Source of the DNA: Leucoraja erinacea
Taxonomy: Eukaryota
DNA length: 64,000 nucleotides
Reading direction: 5' to 3'
Assembly: GCF_028641065.1 (NCBI RefSeq)
Contig: NC_073415.1
Location: 9,796,001-9,860,000, forward strand
Every line of letters begins with the position of its first letter. The stretch's first letter is position 1. The translations under genes and the position numbers were made by a program. Under the pieces are notes generated by a model that was not told the origin of the DNA, made no database searches, and saw nothing but the letters and a program-made list of their open reading frames with translations. Below, piece after piece: positions 1-12,900 of this stretch.

Positions 1-789
1 CACACTAGGGACAATTTACATTTACACCAAGCCATTTACCTACAAATTAATCATTCCCTTCATCGTGTGTCTATACACTGTAAATAGCTCAATTATAATC
101 ATGTATTGTCTTTCCTCTGACTGGCCAGCATGCAACAAAGAGCTTTTCACTGTACCTCTGTACACGTGACAATAAACTAAACTAAACAAACGCTGCCATC
201 CACATTGCTAACAATGCTATTCTGTAGATTGGATACATGGTTTTCTATTCTATCCTATGAGTGATTTATCAACATATTGAATAATTTCAGCTACTGAAAT
301 ATCCTGCCATTTAGAGAACCTTCCCATAATCTGTCCTCTCTGTCTCTTGCTGTTCATTTAACTCCGTTAGTCGGTCATTAATTACCTTCAGTTACACACA
401 TTTTTACTTTGGTTAACATACATAATGGCAACATTTTCCAAACACTTTCAATGATAAATAGTTGGATAAATACATGTAAATAACATCCATCAATATTCCC
501 CGATCCACTAATCCACTCACTTCTTCAAAAAATTCTGTCAGATCTGCCTCCATTGACCTATAAAAATCCAGGTATTCAGTTCCTCTATCCTTAATAACAC
601 TCTAGCATTTACCGACAGCAGAATTAGGCTGTAGTTCCCCCTCTTGCCTTTCATAAATATCAAAGTTTGTTGTAAGGCAGTGGCTCTCCTGTTGTGCCAC
701 CATGCCACCCAAGTTCTTAAACATGGAAACATGGAAAATAGGTCCAGGAGTAGGCCATTCGGCCCTTCGAGCCAGCACCGCCATTCAAC

Positions 790-1200
790 TCGCTAGAATT
801 TAGAAGATTGAGGGGGGATCTTATAGAAACTTACAAAATTCTTAAGGGGTTGGACAGGCTAGATGCAGGAAGATTGTTCCCGATGTTGGGGAAGTCCAGA
901 ACAAGGGGTCACACAGTTTAAGGATAAGTGGGAAATCTTTTAGGACCGAGATGAGAAAAACATTTTTCACACAGAGAGTGGTGAATCTGTGGAACTCTCT
1001 GCCACAGAAGGTAGTTGAGGCCAGTTCATTGGCTATATTTAAGAGGGAGTTAGATGTGACCCTTGTGGCTAAAGGGATCAGGGGGTATGGAGAGAAGGCA
1101 GGTACAGGATACTGAGTTGGATGATCAGCCATGATTGTATTGAATGGCGGTGCAGGCTCGAAGGGCCGAATGGCCTACGCCTGCACCTATTTTCTATGTT
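790..1200 (+). mobile_element. CR1-clade (HER1-like) LINE 3' fragment
   Basis: Encodes [59 protein letters not shown], followed by the 3'UTR GAAGGGCCGAATGGCCT. Confidence 0.9.
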
Positions 1201-1694
1201 AATATGATCGTGACTGATCATCCAAAATCATTACCCCGTTCCTGCTTTCTCCCCATCTCCCTTAATTCCGTTAGTCCCAAAAGCGAAATCTAACTCTCAG
1301 CAATCTAATCTAATCTAACTATCTATCTTTCTTTTTTTACCTGCTATCTCTACTACCAGTTCTATCCACACATCCCTCTCCTACATTAGTGCTGCTTGTG
1401 ACATAGAGAACTTTAAACTGTGTTACATTTGCTGCCAATTGCAACTCTCATCCTCATGATCGATCAATGATTCTCCATTCCATTTGTAGATCTCTGCATC
1501 TGTTTCAAAAGATAGATTACTACAAATATCCATTCCAAGCCCAGAGTGCCTCATGTAAGGACTCTATTGTGGCCGCCATCTTGTGTTCGTGCCACTTGGC
1601 TCTCGAACCTTCGATGGTCGGGCTCGAACTCCCACGTGGACCGGGCGTGATCTGGGCCGACCAACCACGCGGGCAGTGGGGGTGGGCTTCGAAT

Positions 1695-2083
1695 CAAAGA
1701 TCCTCTAGCGAGCAAGATGGTCCACTCGACAAAAAAGTCGTAGTACAGTCATGGGCAGATTCACGCGTAATTTTCGGCCCAACTTCCATCTCCGCACCAA
1801 AGATCCCGTAGCGGAGCAAAGATACTAGTGCGGAGACGGAAGCCGGTTACGGAAACATCCTCGTAAAAATAAAAGTTCTTTGGTAAAAATCTTCTCCTCA
1901 TTTACAGAATTTAAATTTATTAACACAAACTGTTCCCCCGCAACGTTGATTACACTGCGTCGGGTCGGGTCCGGTTACGGAAATGGATGAAAGAAAGGCC
2001 CACGTTCCGCTCCGTTGCGTACTACACGTCAGCCCATTGCATTTAGCAGGAGTGGTCTATCTTGCTCCACTATAGGCTCTTTG
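1695..2083. mobile_element. Non-autonomous hAT-like DNA transposon, 389 bp
   Basis: Imperfect ~33-bp TIRs (CAAAGATCCTCTAGCGAGCAAGAT.. and ..ATCTTGCTCCACTATAGGCTCTTTG) with a perfect 8-bp TSD CTTCGAAT. Confidence 0.85.
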
Positions 2084-3612
2084 CTTCGAATGATTGGTGT
2101 TGGAGTTGAACCCATGTTCGGGCGTGTTAGCGGTGGGGCTGTATTGGTTCATCATTAAACAGAGTGATTACACAACGCAGGGACTGCTAACTATTTCCAT
2201 ATCCCAGTTCCTCTGTCCGTTACGTTAGCTGTGATGACAAAACGTTTCTCACAAACATCTTCCTTTTTCCTTCACTGTGACTTGTCTCTCGGCATATTTG
2301 ACAGCCCTTGGCTGCATATCTTTATCTTATTGGACCTCTGGTCTCACCCTGCCTCTTTGTAGCCAGAGTTGCTGCCTTACGGTGTCCGAGACCTGCGTTT
2401 GATCCTGACTCTGAGTGCTGTTTGTATGGAGTTTGCACGTTCTCCTGTGACCAGGTGGGTTTTCTCCGGGCGCTCCGGTTTCCTCTCACACTTCAAAGAC
2501 GTACTGGTTTGGAGGTTGATTGGCTTCAGTAAAATTGTAAATTATCCCTGGTATGTAGAGTAATGTTAGTATAGGGCGTAACTCTGATCGCTGGTGGGCC
2601 GAAGGGCCTGTTTCCGTGCTGTATCTTTAAAGTCTAAAAGTAATAGTTTTCTGTTGACTCAGAGAAGATGTGCATTTTTAAATTCGTATATGGAAATGCA
2701 CAGGCACAAAAAATCCTATGCAGAGAATACGTAGACGACCCTATGGAGAGGGCAGTCATACTGATATATATATATCCATACTCCCTGGTCCCTTTAGCCA
2801 CAAGGGCCACATCGAACTCTCTCTTAAATATAGCCAATGAACTGTGGCCTCAACTACCTTCTGTGGCAGAGTATTCCACAGATTCACCACTCTGTGATGA
2901 GTGTAGATCTTGAGCTTGATATTCTCTGCATTATCATCATCATATATATATGATGATGATGATGATAATACAGACCAGCGATCCCCGCACACTAACACTA
3001 TCCTACACACACTAGGGACAATTTACAATTATACCAAGCCAATTGCCATTGCCACTTTCATTTCACTGCACATCTCGTATGTGTATGTGACAAATAAACT
3101 TGACTTGACTTGACTTAACATATAAATCTGCTCGTCTTTGGAATGTGGGAGGAAACCGGAGCACCTGGTGAAAATCCACGTGGTCACAGAGAGAACATGC
3201 AAACTCCGTACAGACAGCACCTGTAGTCAGGATGGAACGTGGGTTTCTGATGCTGTAAGGCAGCAACTCTACCTTGCCGCCATTGAGTTTCTTGACTTTA
3301 TTTCACTAATTCAGGTTTTCGCCGCCACCGTCCTACAGTTGCTGTCTTCAGCTGAGATCCTCAGCAAGTTAATTTTTTTTTTAACTGGAAAAATATTGTC
3401 AGATCCTCCACCCTTCAACCTTTTCACACAGTACTGACATATGGAACAAAGGATGAGTAGATGAGAAGATCTCAAAAACATCACTCACTAGGATGCAGCT
3501 GGCTTCAGAAATGTTTTTTTTTAATTTTTTTCCCATTAACAATGACAATAGTATGGGTTGAAGCACAAGCGTATTATTTCAACATGGAATGGTGGGCATG
3601 GACAAGGTGATC

Positions 3613-3760
3613 AGGGAGACGGGGAGACGGGGAGAGAGAAGGAGAGAGAAGGAGAGGGAGAGAGAGGTGGGGGAGAGTGAGAGATGGAGAGAGAGGGTGA
3701 ATGGAGAGGGAGAGGGAGAGAGGGAGAGAAGGAGAAGGAGAGGGAGAGAGAGAGAGAGAT
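3613..3760. repeat. GA-rich polypurine low-complexity tract
   Basis: (GA)n and GGAGAG repeats. Confidence 0.95.
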
Positions 3761-3767
3761 GGCTCTA

Positions 3768-3773
3768 TTTATT
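3768..3773 (-). terminator. Candidate polyadenylation signal of ODAD3
   Basis: AATAAA on the minus strand about 175 nt after the stop, followed by a pyrimidine-rich tract. Confidence 0.6.
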
Positions 3774-3947
3774 GCTCTACAGTGGGATTCTAACCTAGTG
3801 CTTGCTTCAAAATACTGCCCAGTGATTTCTAACCCAGCATCTATTCAGAAAACACATGCTGCAAATAGTTGTCAATCCTTCTGGCCACCCTTCCTGAATT
3901 GTTACAAACTACCTACAAGTTGGGAGCCAGAGTTACGACAGAGAGGA

Positions 3948-6900
3948 CTAACGAGCAAGGATGGGAAGAGGCGCTGGGCTGCCCTCCTGCGCTGATCTGT
4001 GCTTTGCCTTCTTCCTTCTGGGGCGAGATTTCTTCTTGGTCTTCCAGTCAACTATCTGCTGTGACTGGACCTTCAACATTGCTCGTGTAATAATGTCACC
4101 AGTATTGTCTCCACTGTCATTGTCTTCATCAGCATCCTCATCCTCGTCAGCATCTGCAGCGGGGAAGTGTTTAGTTACTCGACACACAGAGGAAGAGAGA
4201 GTCCATTAGAGATTCACCAAGGTAGGGTGGGGAAAGGATGTGATCACNNNNNNNNNNNNNNNNNNNNNNNNNNNNNNNNNNNNNNNNNNNNNNNNNNNNN
4301 NNNNNNNNNNNNNNNNNNNNNNNNNNNNNNNNNNNNNNNNNNNNNNNNNNNNNNNNNNNNNNNNNNNNNNNNNNNNNNNNNNNNNNNNNNNNNNNNNNNN
4401 NNNNNNNNNNNNNNNNNNNNNNNNNNNNNNNNNNNNNNNNNNNNNNNNNNNNNNNNNNNNNNNNNNNNNNNNNNNNNNNNNNNNNNNNNNNNNNNNNNNN
4501 NNNNNNNNNNNNNNNNNNNNNNNNNNNNNNNNNNNNNNNNNNNNNNNNNNNNNNNNNNNNNNNNNNNNNNNNNNNNNNNNNNNNNNNNNNNNNNNNNNNN
4601 NNNNNNNNNNNNNNNNNNNNNNNNNNNNNNNNNNNNNNNNNNNNNNNNNNNNNNNNNGAGAAGAAAAGCATTTTGTGTCTGCCTCCTCTAACTTACTCAC
4701 CTTCTACCCATATCACCCTTAGTTTTCTGTGGTTCAAAAACCTATCTTAACTTTGAAATACACTCTGTGATTCAGACCCCACAGCTCACTGGGCAGAATA
4801 TTCCATAGATTTGCAGTGTCGTGGACATTCAACCTTTCAGTCTAATGCTGAGAGCCCTTTAGTTTTATCCCATGCACCCCAGGGTCCTTCCACTGCTGGA
4901 CATTGAGGTGGGGGGGGGGGGGCGGGGTGGGTTGGAGGAGCCCCTCAAATGTGGGAAGGGGATATCACCCCGGGGGCCACATGGATGGCAAGGCTGTCAG
5001 ATAAAATTTGTAAACACTTTGTAATGACGCAATAAATGTATGAGAATGACTGCAGAATTTTTACACAGTGCCTGTCTTGTATATATTTTATACCCTGGAT
5101 AAAGTTTGAATAAACTATTAAAGTTTAATAAACTTTGAATTAAAAAATTCAACAGCCTAGATATAAAGTGTAGGAATGAACTGTTGATGCTGGTCTAAAC
5201 TGAAGATGGGAACAAAATGTTGGAGTAACTCAGCGGGACAGGCAGCATCTCTGGAGAGAAGGGATGGGTGACGTTTCGGGTTGAGACTATTCTTTGTCTA
5301 TTTTGCTTTCTAAGTGTCTCCTACATTGCTTACTGATAGCTACAGCAATATGTGGTTGGTTGCAGCCATGCAGAGAAAACAAAACTTTAATTTTACAAAA
5401 GTAGTAAGAGAATGTGCGGTGATGAAGTGTGGATTCTCACCCTCGTACACGTCCAGCTTTTGGGCGGCTGGTAGCTTCACCCTCATATTGTACGGTGGCA
5501 ATTTGCCTTCCACACTGGCATGGAACTGAAAGGCAAAAAATAATGTCAGCATTCGACCGATTGCCAGCTAAATGTATTCTAACAGGAAGTAAACATCACT
5601 GGGGATTCACTGAGTTATTTCCCATTCAACGCCACCTCCTGGCAACCTTACCCAGTAAAGAAGCACGCTATCTGGCAATGATGTTCAGAGTCCCGTCCCT
5701 TGCCCAGAGTAGGTGAATCGAGGACCAGAGGACAGAGGTTTAAGGTGAAGGGGAAAAGATTTAATAGGAATCTAATGGGTGACTTTTCCACACATCGAGT
5801 GGTGGGTGTATGGAACAAGCTGCCAGAGGAGGTAATTGAGGCTGGGACTATCCCAACGTTTAAGAAACAGTTGGACAGGTACATGGACAATGTAAGGAGG
5901 AACTGCAGATGCTGGTTTAAATCGAAGATAGACACAAAAAGCTGGAGTAACTCAGCGGGCCAGGCAGCATCTCTGGAGAGAAGGAATGGGTGACATTTCG
6001 GGTCGAAACCATTTTTCAGATTTTCCACAGCATTTTTGTCTACCTTCGATTTTCCAGCATCTGCAGTTCCTTCTTGAACAAGTTGACCGATAACTTTAGG
6101 CTGTGCACGCCATACACGAGAGGAAGACTCCCCAACCCATGAGTAGGACCTCAATCTTCCCCCACGCCCTGAGGAATTGTATGCATACTGTATCTCCTCC
6201 CTCCCCTCACCCACTTGCCCAGAACAAATGCAACTGGATGTCACTGAATGAATGGAACGATGGTGTTGTATCAGTATCACACCTCTTCCTCTGCCATCAG
6301 CTGCAGCATCTTGTGCAGGTCAAGGGTACGTAGCTGCTGATAGAGTTGCAGCAGCTTCTCGTCTGTCACTGACAGCAGGTCCAACACATACTCCTCCGAG
6401 CTGGAGATCAGGGCCACGGTGCCAATACTATCCTGCGACTGCACAAAGTGGACATTTTAGTTACGTGGCATTTTCTTGCAACTGTGCAGCATTTTAAGGA
6501 CATTACTGAAGAGCACGACAAACACGTCACAGTCAGAGGATCTGGCAGAATTACAAAACAAATAAAAAAAATAATAATAAATTAAATTAAAAAAAGATTT
6601 AAAAAAAAATTTTAAATACATTTTTTTTAAAAAGAACTGCATTAATATGTAATTGATAAACAAATTGTGTTTTGGTTTTGATATGTATATGATTCTAATA
6701 AAAGAATAACAAAAATTAAAAAATTAAAAAAAAGAAAAAAGAAAAAAAGAATTACAGTAGCATGTTGCCAATCGAGGTATTGAATAATTTAGACTTTATA
6801 TTTTCGGGATACAGGGCAGCTACAGGCCCTTCAGTCCACCAGTCTGCACCGACCAGCGATCCCTGTACACTAACACTATACAACCCAGACTAAGGACAAT

Positions 6901-9900
6901 TTACATTTATACCAATCCTACAAACCTGTACTTCTCTGGAGAGTGGGAAAATATCGGAGCACCCGGAGAAAACCCACGCAGGTCACGGGGAGAACGTACA
7001 AACTCCGTCCAGACAGCACCTGCAGTCAGGATGGAACCCGGGTCTCTGGCGCTGTGAGGCAGCAACTCTACCGCTGCGCCACCGTGCCACCTTAATTGAT
7101 CAGATTGCTGCTTATCTGAAACATATTGGAGCCAATCTGATTAGTGAGGCACAGTGGCGCGGCAGTATAGTTGCTGCCTCACAGCGCCAGAGACCCGGGT
7201 TCGATCCTGACTCCGGGTGCTGTCTGTACGGAGTTTGCACGTTCTCCCCGTGACTGTGTGAGTTTTCTCCGGGAGCTCCGGTTCCCTCCCACTCTCTAGA
7301 GAAGTACAGATTTGTAGATTAATTGGCTTCTGTAAAATTGTATATTGTCCCTAGTGTGTGTAGGATAGTGTTAGTGTATGGGATGATCGGTGGTCGGCAC
7401 AGACTCGGTGGGCCGAAGGGCCTGTTTCCACACTGTATCTGTAAAGTCTAATCCCATAGTGGATGTCATCAGAATATTCACTATTTGGAATTCCTGACTG
7501 CAGTCTCTGAAGTCAAGTGGATTATCTTGGTTATTATTTGAGATAATTTGGAATTGGCTTATTCTCTGGGAATGTCTGGACCACTTTCAGAATAGAGCAG
7601 ATTATCTATCTATAGCACAATAGAATTAATCACATTATTACTTATGTAAAAACTATAGAATCCATCAGATTCTTACTCTGGCTGAAATCAATCTGATGTC
7701 AATTCCAGAACACCATGTAATCCATGCATTAACCCTCCACTATAAGCAATGCACACTGTCTGTAATACTCTAATGTGAGGTCTGTGCCACTGAGGCAGCA
7801 TATGATGAGCATTTGACGGAACTGGGCCTCTGCTCGCTGGAGTTTGGAAGGATGAGGAGAGACCTCGATTAAACTTACCAAATAGTGAATAACCTGGTAC
7901 AGTGGATGTGGAGAGGATGTTTCCACTAGTGGGGGAGTTTAGGACCAGAGGTCACAGTCTCAGAATTAAAGGACGTTCCTTTAGGAAGGAGGTGAGGAGG
8001 TATAGAAACATAGAACCATTGAAAAATAGGTGCAGGAGTAGGCCATTCGGCCCTTCGAGCCTGCACCGCCATTCAATATGATCATGGCTGATCATCCAAC
8101 TCAGTATCCCATCCCTGCCTTCTCTCCATACCCCCTGATCCCTTTAGCCACAAGGGCCACATCTAACTACCTCTTAAATATAGCCAATGAACTGTGGCCT
8201 CAACTACTTTCTGTGGCAGAGAATTCCACAGATTCACCACTCACTGTGTAAAAAATGTTTTTCTCATCGCAGTCCTGAAAGATTTCCCCTTTATCCTTAA
8301 ACAGTGACCCCTTGTTCTGGAAACTGTGACCCTTGTTCTTGTTCTTTAGTCAGAGGGTGGTGAATCTGTAAAATTCATTGCCACAGAAGGCTGTGGAGGC
8401 CAAGTCAATGGATACTTTTAAGATTCAAGATTCAAGATTCAATTTAATTGTCATTTGGACCCCTTGAGGTCCAAACGAAATGCCGTTTCTGCAGCCATAC
8501 ATTACAAACAAATAGACCCAAGACACAACATAATTTACATAAACATCCATCACATCGCTGTGATGGAAGGCCAAAAAAACTTCCAGACTTAAGGCAGAGA
8601 TAGATAGATTCTTGATTAGTGCGGGTGTCAAGGGTTATGGGGAGAAGGCAGGAGAATGGGGTTAGGAGGGAGAGATAGATCAGCCATGATTGAATGGCAG
8701 AGTAAACATGATGGGCCGAATGGCCTAACTGTTCCTAACACTTATGACCTTATACACTTACAACTTGCATGTGTTGCATCTTGTCAGAGATGTGCTCCAT
8801 GCCAGCTTTAGTGGACAGAATGAGGCGGTTGACATATTCGAGATGCTCTATCGATTTATCCCGTCGATTTTTCTCGTCCTCCAGGTGAGCTTGCAGGTCT
8901 GTTAACAATTTCTGCTCACTGTGTCAAAAACCAGGAGGAACGTGGAAACATATTTATGTTAAGCCGCTATGTAGCAATAAAGTGGACAGTTCATGGGGCA
9001 AGCCTTGAGCCACTTCTTGTCCCGTTACTTCAATTACTTGCCTCCCTATACAAAGTTCACCTATAATAGGTGATTCCCGGGATGGCGGGACTGTCGTATG
9101 CTGAGAGAATGAAGCAGCTGGGCTTGTACACTCTGGAGTTTAGAAGGATGAGAGGGAATCTTATTGAAACATTTAAGATTGTTGAGGGTTTGGACACGCT
9201 AGAGGCTGGAAACATGTTCCCGATGTTGGGGGAGTCCAGAACCAGGGGCCACACACAGTTTAAAAAGAAGGGGTAAGCCATTTAGAACAGAGAGGAGGAA
9301 ACACTTTTTCTCAGTTGTGAGTCTGTGGAATTCTCTGCCTCAGAGGGCGGTGGTGGCAGGTTCTCTGGATGCTTTCACGAGAGAACGGGATAGGGCTCTT
9401 AAAGAGTCAGGATATGGGGAAGAAGGCAGGAACGGGGTACTGATTGGAGATGATCAGCCATGATCACATTGAATGGCTCGAAGGGCCGAATGGCCTACTC
9501 CTGGACCTATTTTCCATGTTTCCATGTTTAAGAACTTGGGTGGCACAGTGGCACAACAGGAGAGCTACTGCCTTACAACGAACTTTGATATTTATGAAAG
9601 GCAAGAGGGGGAACTACAGCCTAATTCTGCTGTTGGTAAATGCTAGAGTGTTATTAAGGATAGAGGAACTGAGTACTTGGATTTTTATAGGTCAATGGAG
9701 GCAGATCTGACAGAATTTTTTGAAGAAGTGAGTGGATTAGTGGATCGGGGAATATTGATGGATGTTATTTACATGTATTTATCCAACTATTTATCATTGA
9801 AAGTGTTTGGAAAATGTTGCCATTATGTATGTTAATCAAAGTAAAAATGTGTGTAACTGAAGGTAATTAATGACCGACTAATGGAGTTAAATGAACAGCA

Positions 9901-12900
9901 AGAGACAGAGAGGACAGATTATGGGAAGGTTCTCTAAATGGCAGGATATTTCAGTAGCTGAAATTATTCAATATATTGATAAATCAAGTTCAAGTTCAAG
10001 TGAGTTTATTGTCATGTGTCCCTGTATAGGACAATGAAATTCTTGCTTTGCTTCAGCACACAGAACATAGTAGGCATTTACTACAAAACAGATCAGTGTG
10101 TCCATATACCGTAATATAAATATATGAATAAATAAACTGGTAAAGTGCAAATAACAGAAAATGGGTTATTAATAAGTTTTGTCCGAGCCAGGTTTAATAG
10201 CCTGATGGCTGTGGGGAAGGCACTCATAGGATAGAATAGAAAACCATGTATCCAATCAAACAGAATAGCATTGTTAGCAATGCGGATGGCAGCGTATGTT
10301 TAGATCAGTTGATTGTCACGTGTAGCAAGGTACAGTGAAAAGCTCTTTGTTGCATGCTAACCAGTCAGAGCAAAGACAATACATGATTATAATCGAGCTA
10401 TTTTCAGTGTATAGACACACGGTGAAGGGAATGACGTTTAGTGCAAGGTAAAGTCCAGTACAACCTGATTAAAGCTAGTTTGAGGGGTCTCCAATGAGGT
10501 AGATAGTAGCTCAAGACAGCTCTCTAGTTATCGATAGGATGATTCAGTTGCTTGATATTCAGTTGGGAAGAAACTTCAGTTGGGAAGAAACTGTCCCTGA
10601 ATCTGGAGGTGTGCGTTTTCACACATCTATTATATGAATCTGGGGCCAGTTCACAATCTTATTTTAATGGTGTAAATGGTTCAAAGCTCTCCTGCTGTTT
10701 CTATATTTGTATATACAATGTAGGGTGTTGGGAACAGAATAATGAGGCAGGAAATACAATAATATTCTTCATACCTGGAGAGTTTGGTTTCACCAGAATA
10801 TTTCATGTGATCATACTGTGCTTGCAGCCTCTCCTTCTCCACCTTCAGTTGTACCAACTGGTCCTTATTTTCCAGCTCCAGTTGCTGTAAGTGTTTCAGA
10901 GTCTCTCCCTGTAGTATGTAGTGTTTCACAATGTCCTGAGGTCAAAAGCAAGAAGCCAGAAGACCTCAGTATTCTGCACATTTTACTTATCACACTGGCG
11001 TGGTGGTAGAGTTGCTGCCTCACAGCGCCAGAGACCCAGGTTCAATCCTGACTACAGGTGCTGTTTGTACGGAGTTTGTACATTCTCCCTGTGTGATTTC
11101 TCCGGATGCTCCGGTTTCCTCCCACATTCTAAACCCATGCAGGTTTGTAGGTTAATTGGCTTCTGCAAATAGTCCCTGGTGTGTAAGATAGAATTAGTGT
11201 ATGGGTGATTGCTGGTCGGTGGGCCGAAGGGCCTGTTTCCATGCTGTACGTCTAAACCAAATTAAACTAAACTAAACTACTGAGTTCATCTTTTGAATTG
11301 AGATAAAGCATCAGAAATACATGATGTCATTATTTCTTAAACCCCTGTCCCACGGTACGAGTTCATTCCAAGACCTCTCCCGACTTTGCCCTGATTCGAA
11401 CTCGGAGATTTACGGTGATGGCCACTCGTCGGTACTCGGGGCTCTCGTGGACATTTTTGCAACATGTTGAAAAATCTTCACGAGTCTTCCCGTGCTTACC
11501 TGCCGTTAGTGAGTCTTCCTGAGTACCTGCCGTTAGCGTTACGAGCCGCTAAGAGACGTCCCCGAGCTCCGACGTACCCGCTACGTCCATTCTCCGTGCT
11601 TACCACGAGTTTGATTTTTTTTTTAACTCGGGAGAGCTCTTGGAATGAACTCGCACTGTGGGACAGGGCTTTTAGTGTGATAGTTAAGAAACAAGCAGTA
11701 GTGACATAAATACACATTTATCGTGAAGTACCCGGATAAATAAGAAGAAAGTGGTTTTGTTGATGTAATTTCTTATTGCAGAATATCAAATATTATGAGC
11801 ACGCTCACCATTGAATAGCTTTAAGCATTGACCAGCACACAATGACTGACTGGATTACAGACAGACCTCTCCCACAAATGGCCCAGGTACCTCACCTGGA
11901 CATCAGTGACACCGGTAACTGCTTTAATGTATTGGAAGGATTCTTCTAGAGTGTTGTTGGACCTCTCCTCGGTTGCAGTTTCTGCGGTTTCTGGCCGATC
12001 AAAGTGGAGCTCATCGGAGTGGGCAGCTGCTCGCAAAGCCTGAGGGAAACCCACCCCAGAAAAAGACCATTGTCACTTCAGATATTAGAGGTTCCCCAAC
12101 AGTACAAGTTACAGGAGGAAGGAACTGCAGATAGCAACATAGAAACATAGAAATTAGGTGCAGGAGTAGGCCATTCTTGTATTGTATTCTTTGTATTCAA
12201 ATTTATTGTCATGGTCTCAATTTGAGACAACAAAATGAATTTCCTTTACAGGCAGTATCATAAAAAAAATCACAAAAAAAATAAATAAATAAAAAATAAA
12301 TAAATAAACATATTAAAAATAAAACTGAAATTGAAATTGAATTAGGTTCCTTCGAGCCTGCACCATTCGCCATTCAATATGATCATGGCTGATCATCCAA
12401 CTCAGTATCCCGTACCTGCCTTCTCTCCATACCCTCTGATCCCCTTAGCCACAAGGGCCACATCTAACTCCCTCTTAAATATAGCCAATGAACTGTGTGG
12501 CCTCGACTACCCTCTGCGGCAGAGAGTTCCAGAGACTCACCACTCTCTGTGTGCAGATGCTGGTTTAAACCGAAGATAGACACAAAGTGCTGGAATAACT
12601 CAGCGGGCCACCAGCATCTCTGGAGAGTAGGGATGGGTGATGTTTTGGATGGTCCGAAATGTCACCGATTCCTTTTCTCCAGAGATGTATCTTCAGTACA
12701 AATTACAGGCCATGTTAAACAGATGAGTTGTAGCAAGCATTTTATCGGGATGAATCACAACTTGGTTTGGGAACAGCTCCATCCAAGACTGCAAAAAACA
12801 GAAAATAGGTGCAGGAATAGGCCATTCGGCCCTTGAAGCCAGCACTACCATTCAATATGATCATGGCTGATCATCCAAAATCAGTACCCTGTTCCTGCAG

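Noticed and set aside
538-732. Near-identical 64-aa ORFs at 538-732(-) and 9444-9710(+) as a duplicated small gene
   Set aside because: They start inside a CR1 tail and resemble no protein I know; the inverted DNA duplication explains them.
1490-1554. Possible 65-nt plus-strand exon (TTGTAG|..CAT|GTAAGG)
   Set aside because: No recognisable protein similarity or partner exons in the window.
4167-4722. Long ORFs of X residues
   Set aside because: Artefacts of the N gap.
5648-6280. 210-aa minus-strand ORF
   Set aside because: Chimeric read-through of antisense CR1 and Penelope-like repeat fragments.
7147-7215. tRNA-like sequences with A and B boxes
   Set aside because: These are SINE heads continuing into the SINE body, not tRNA genes.
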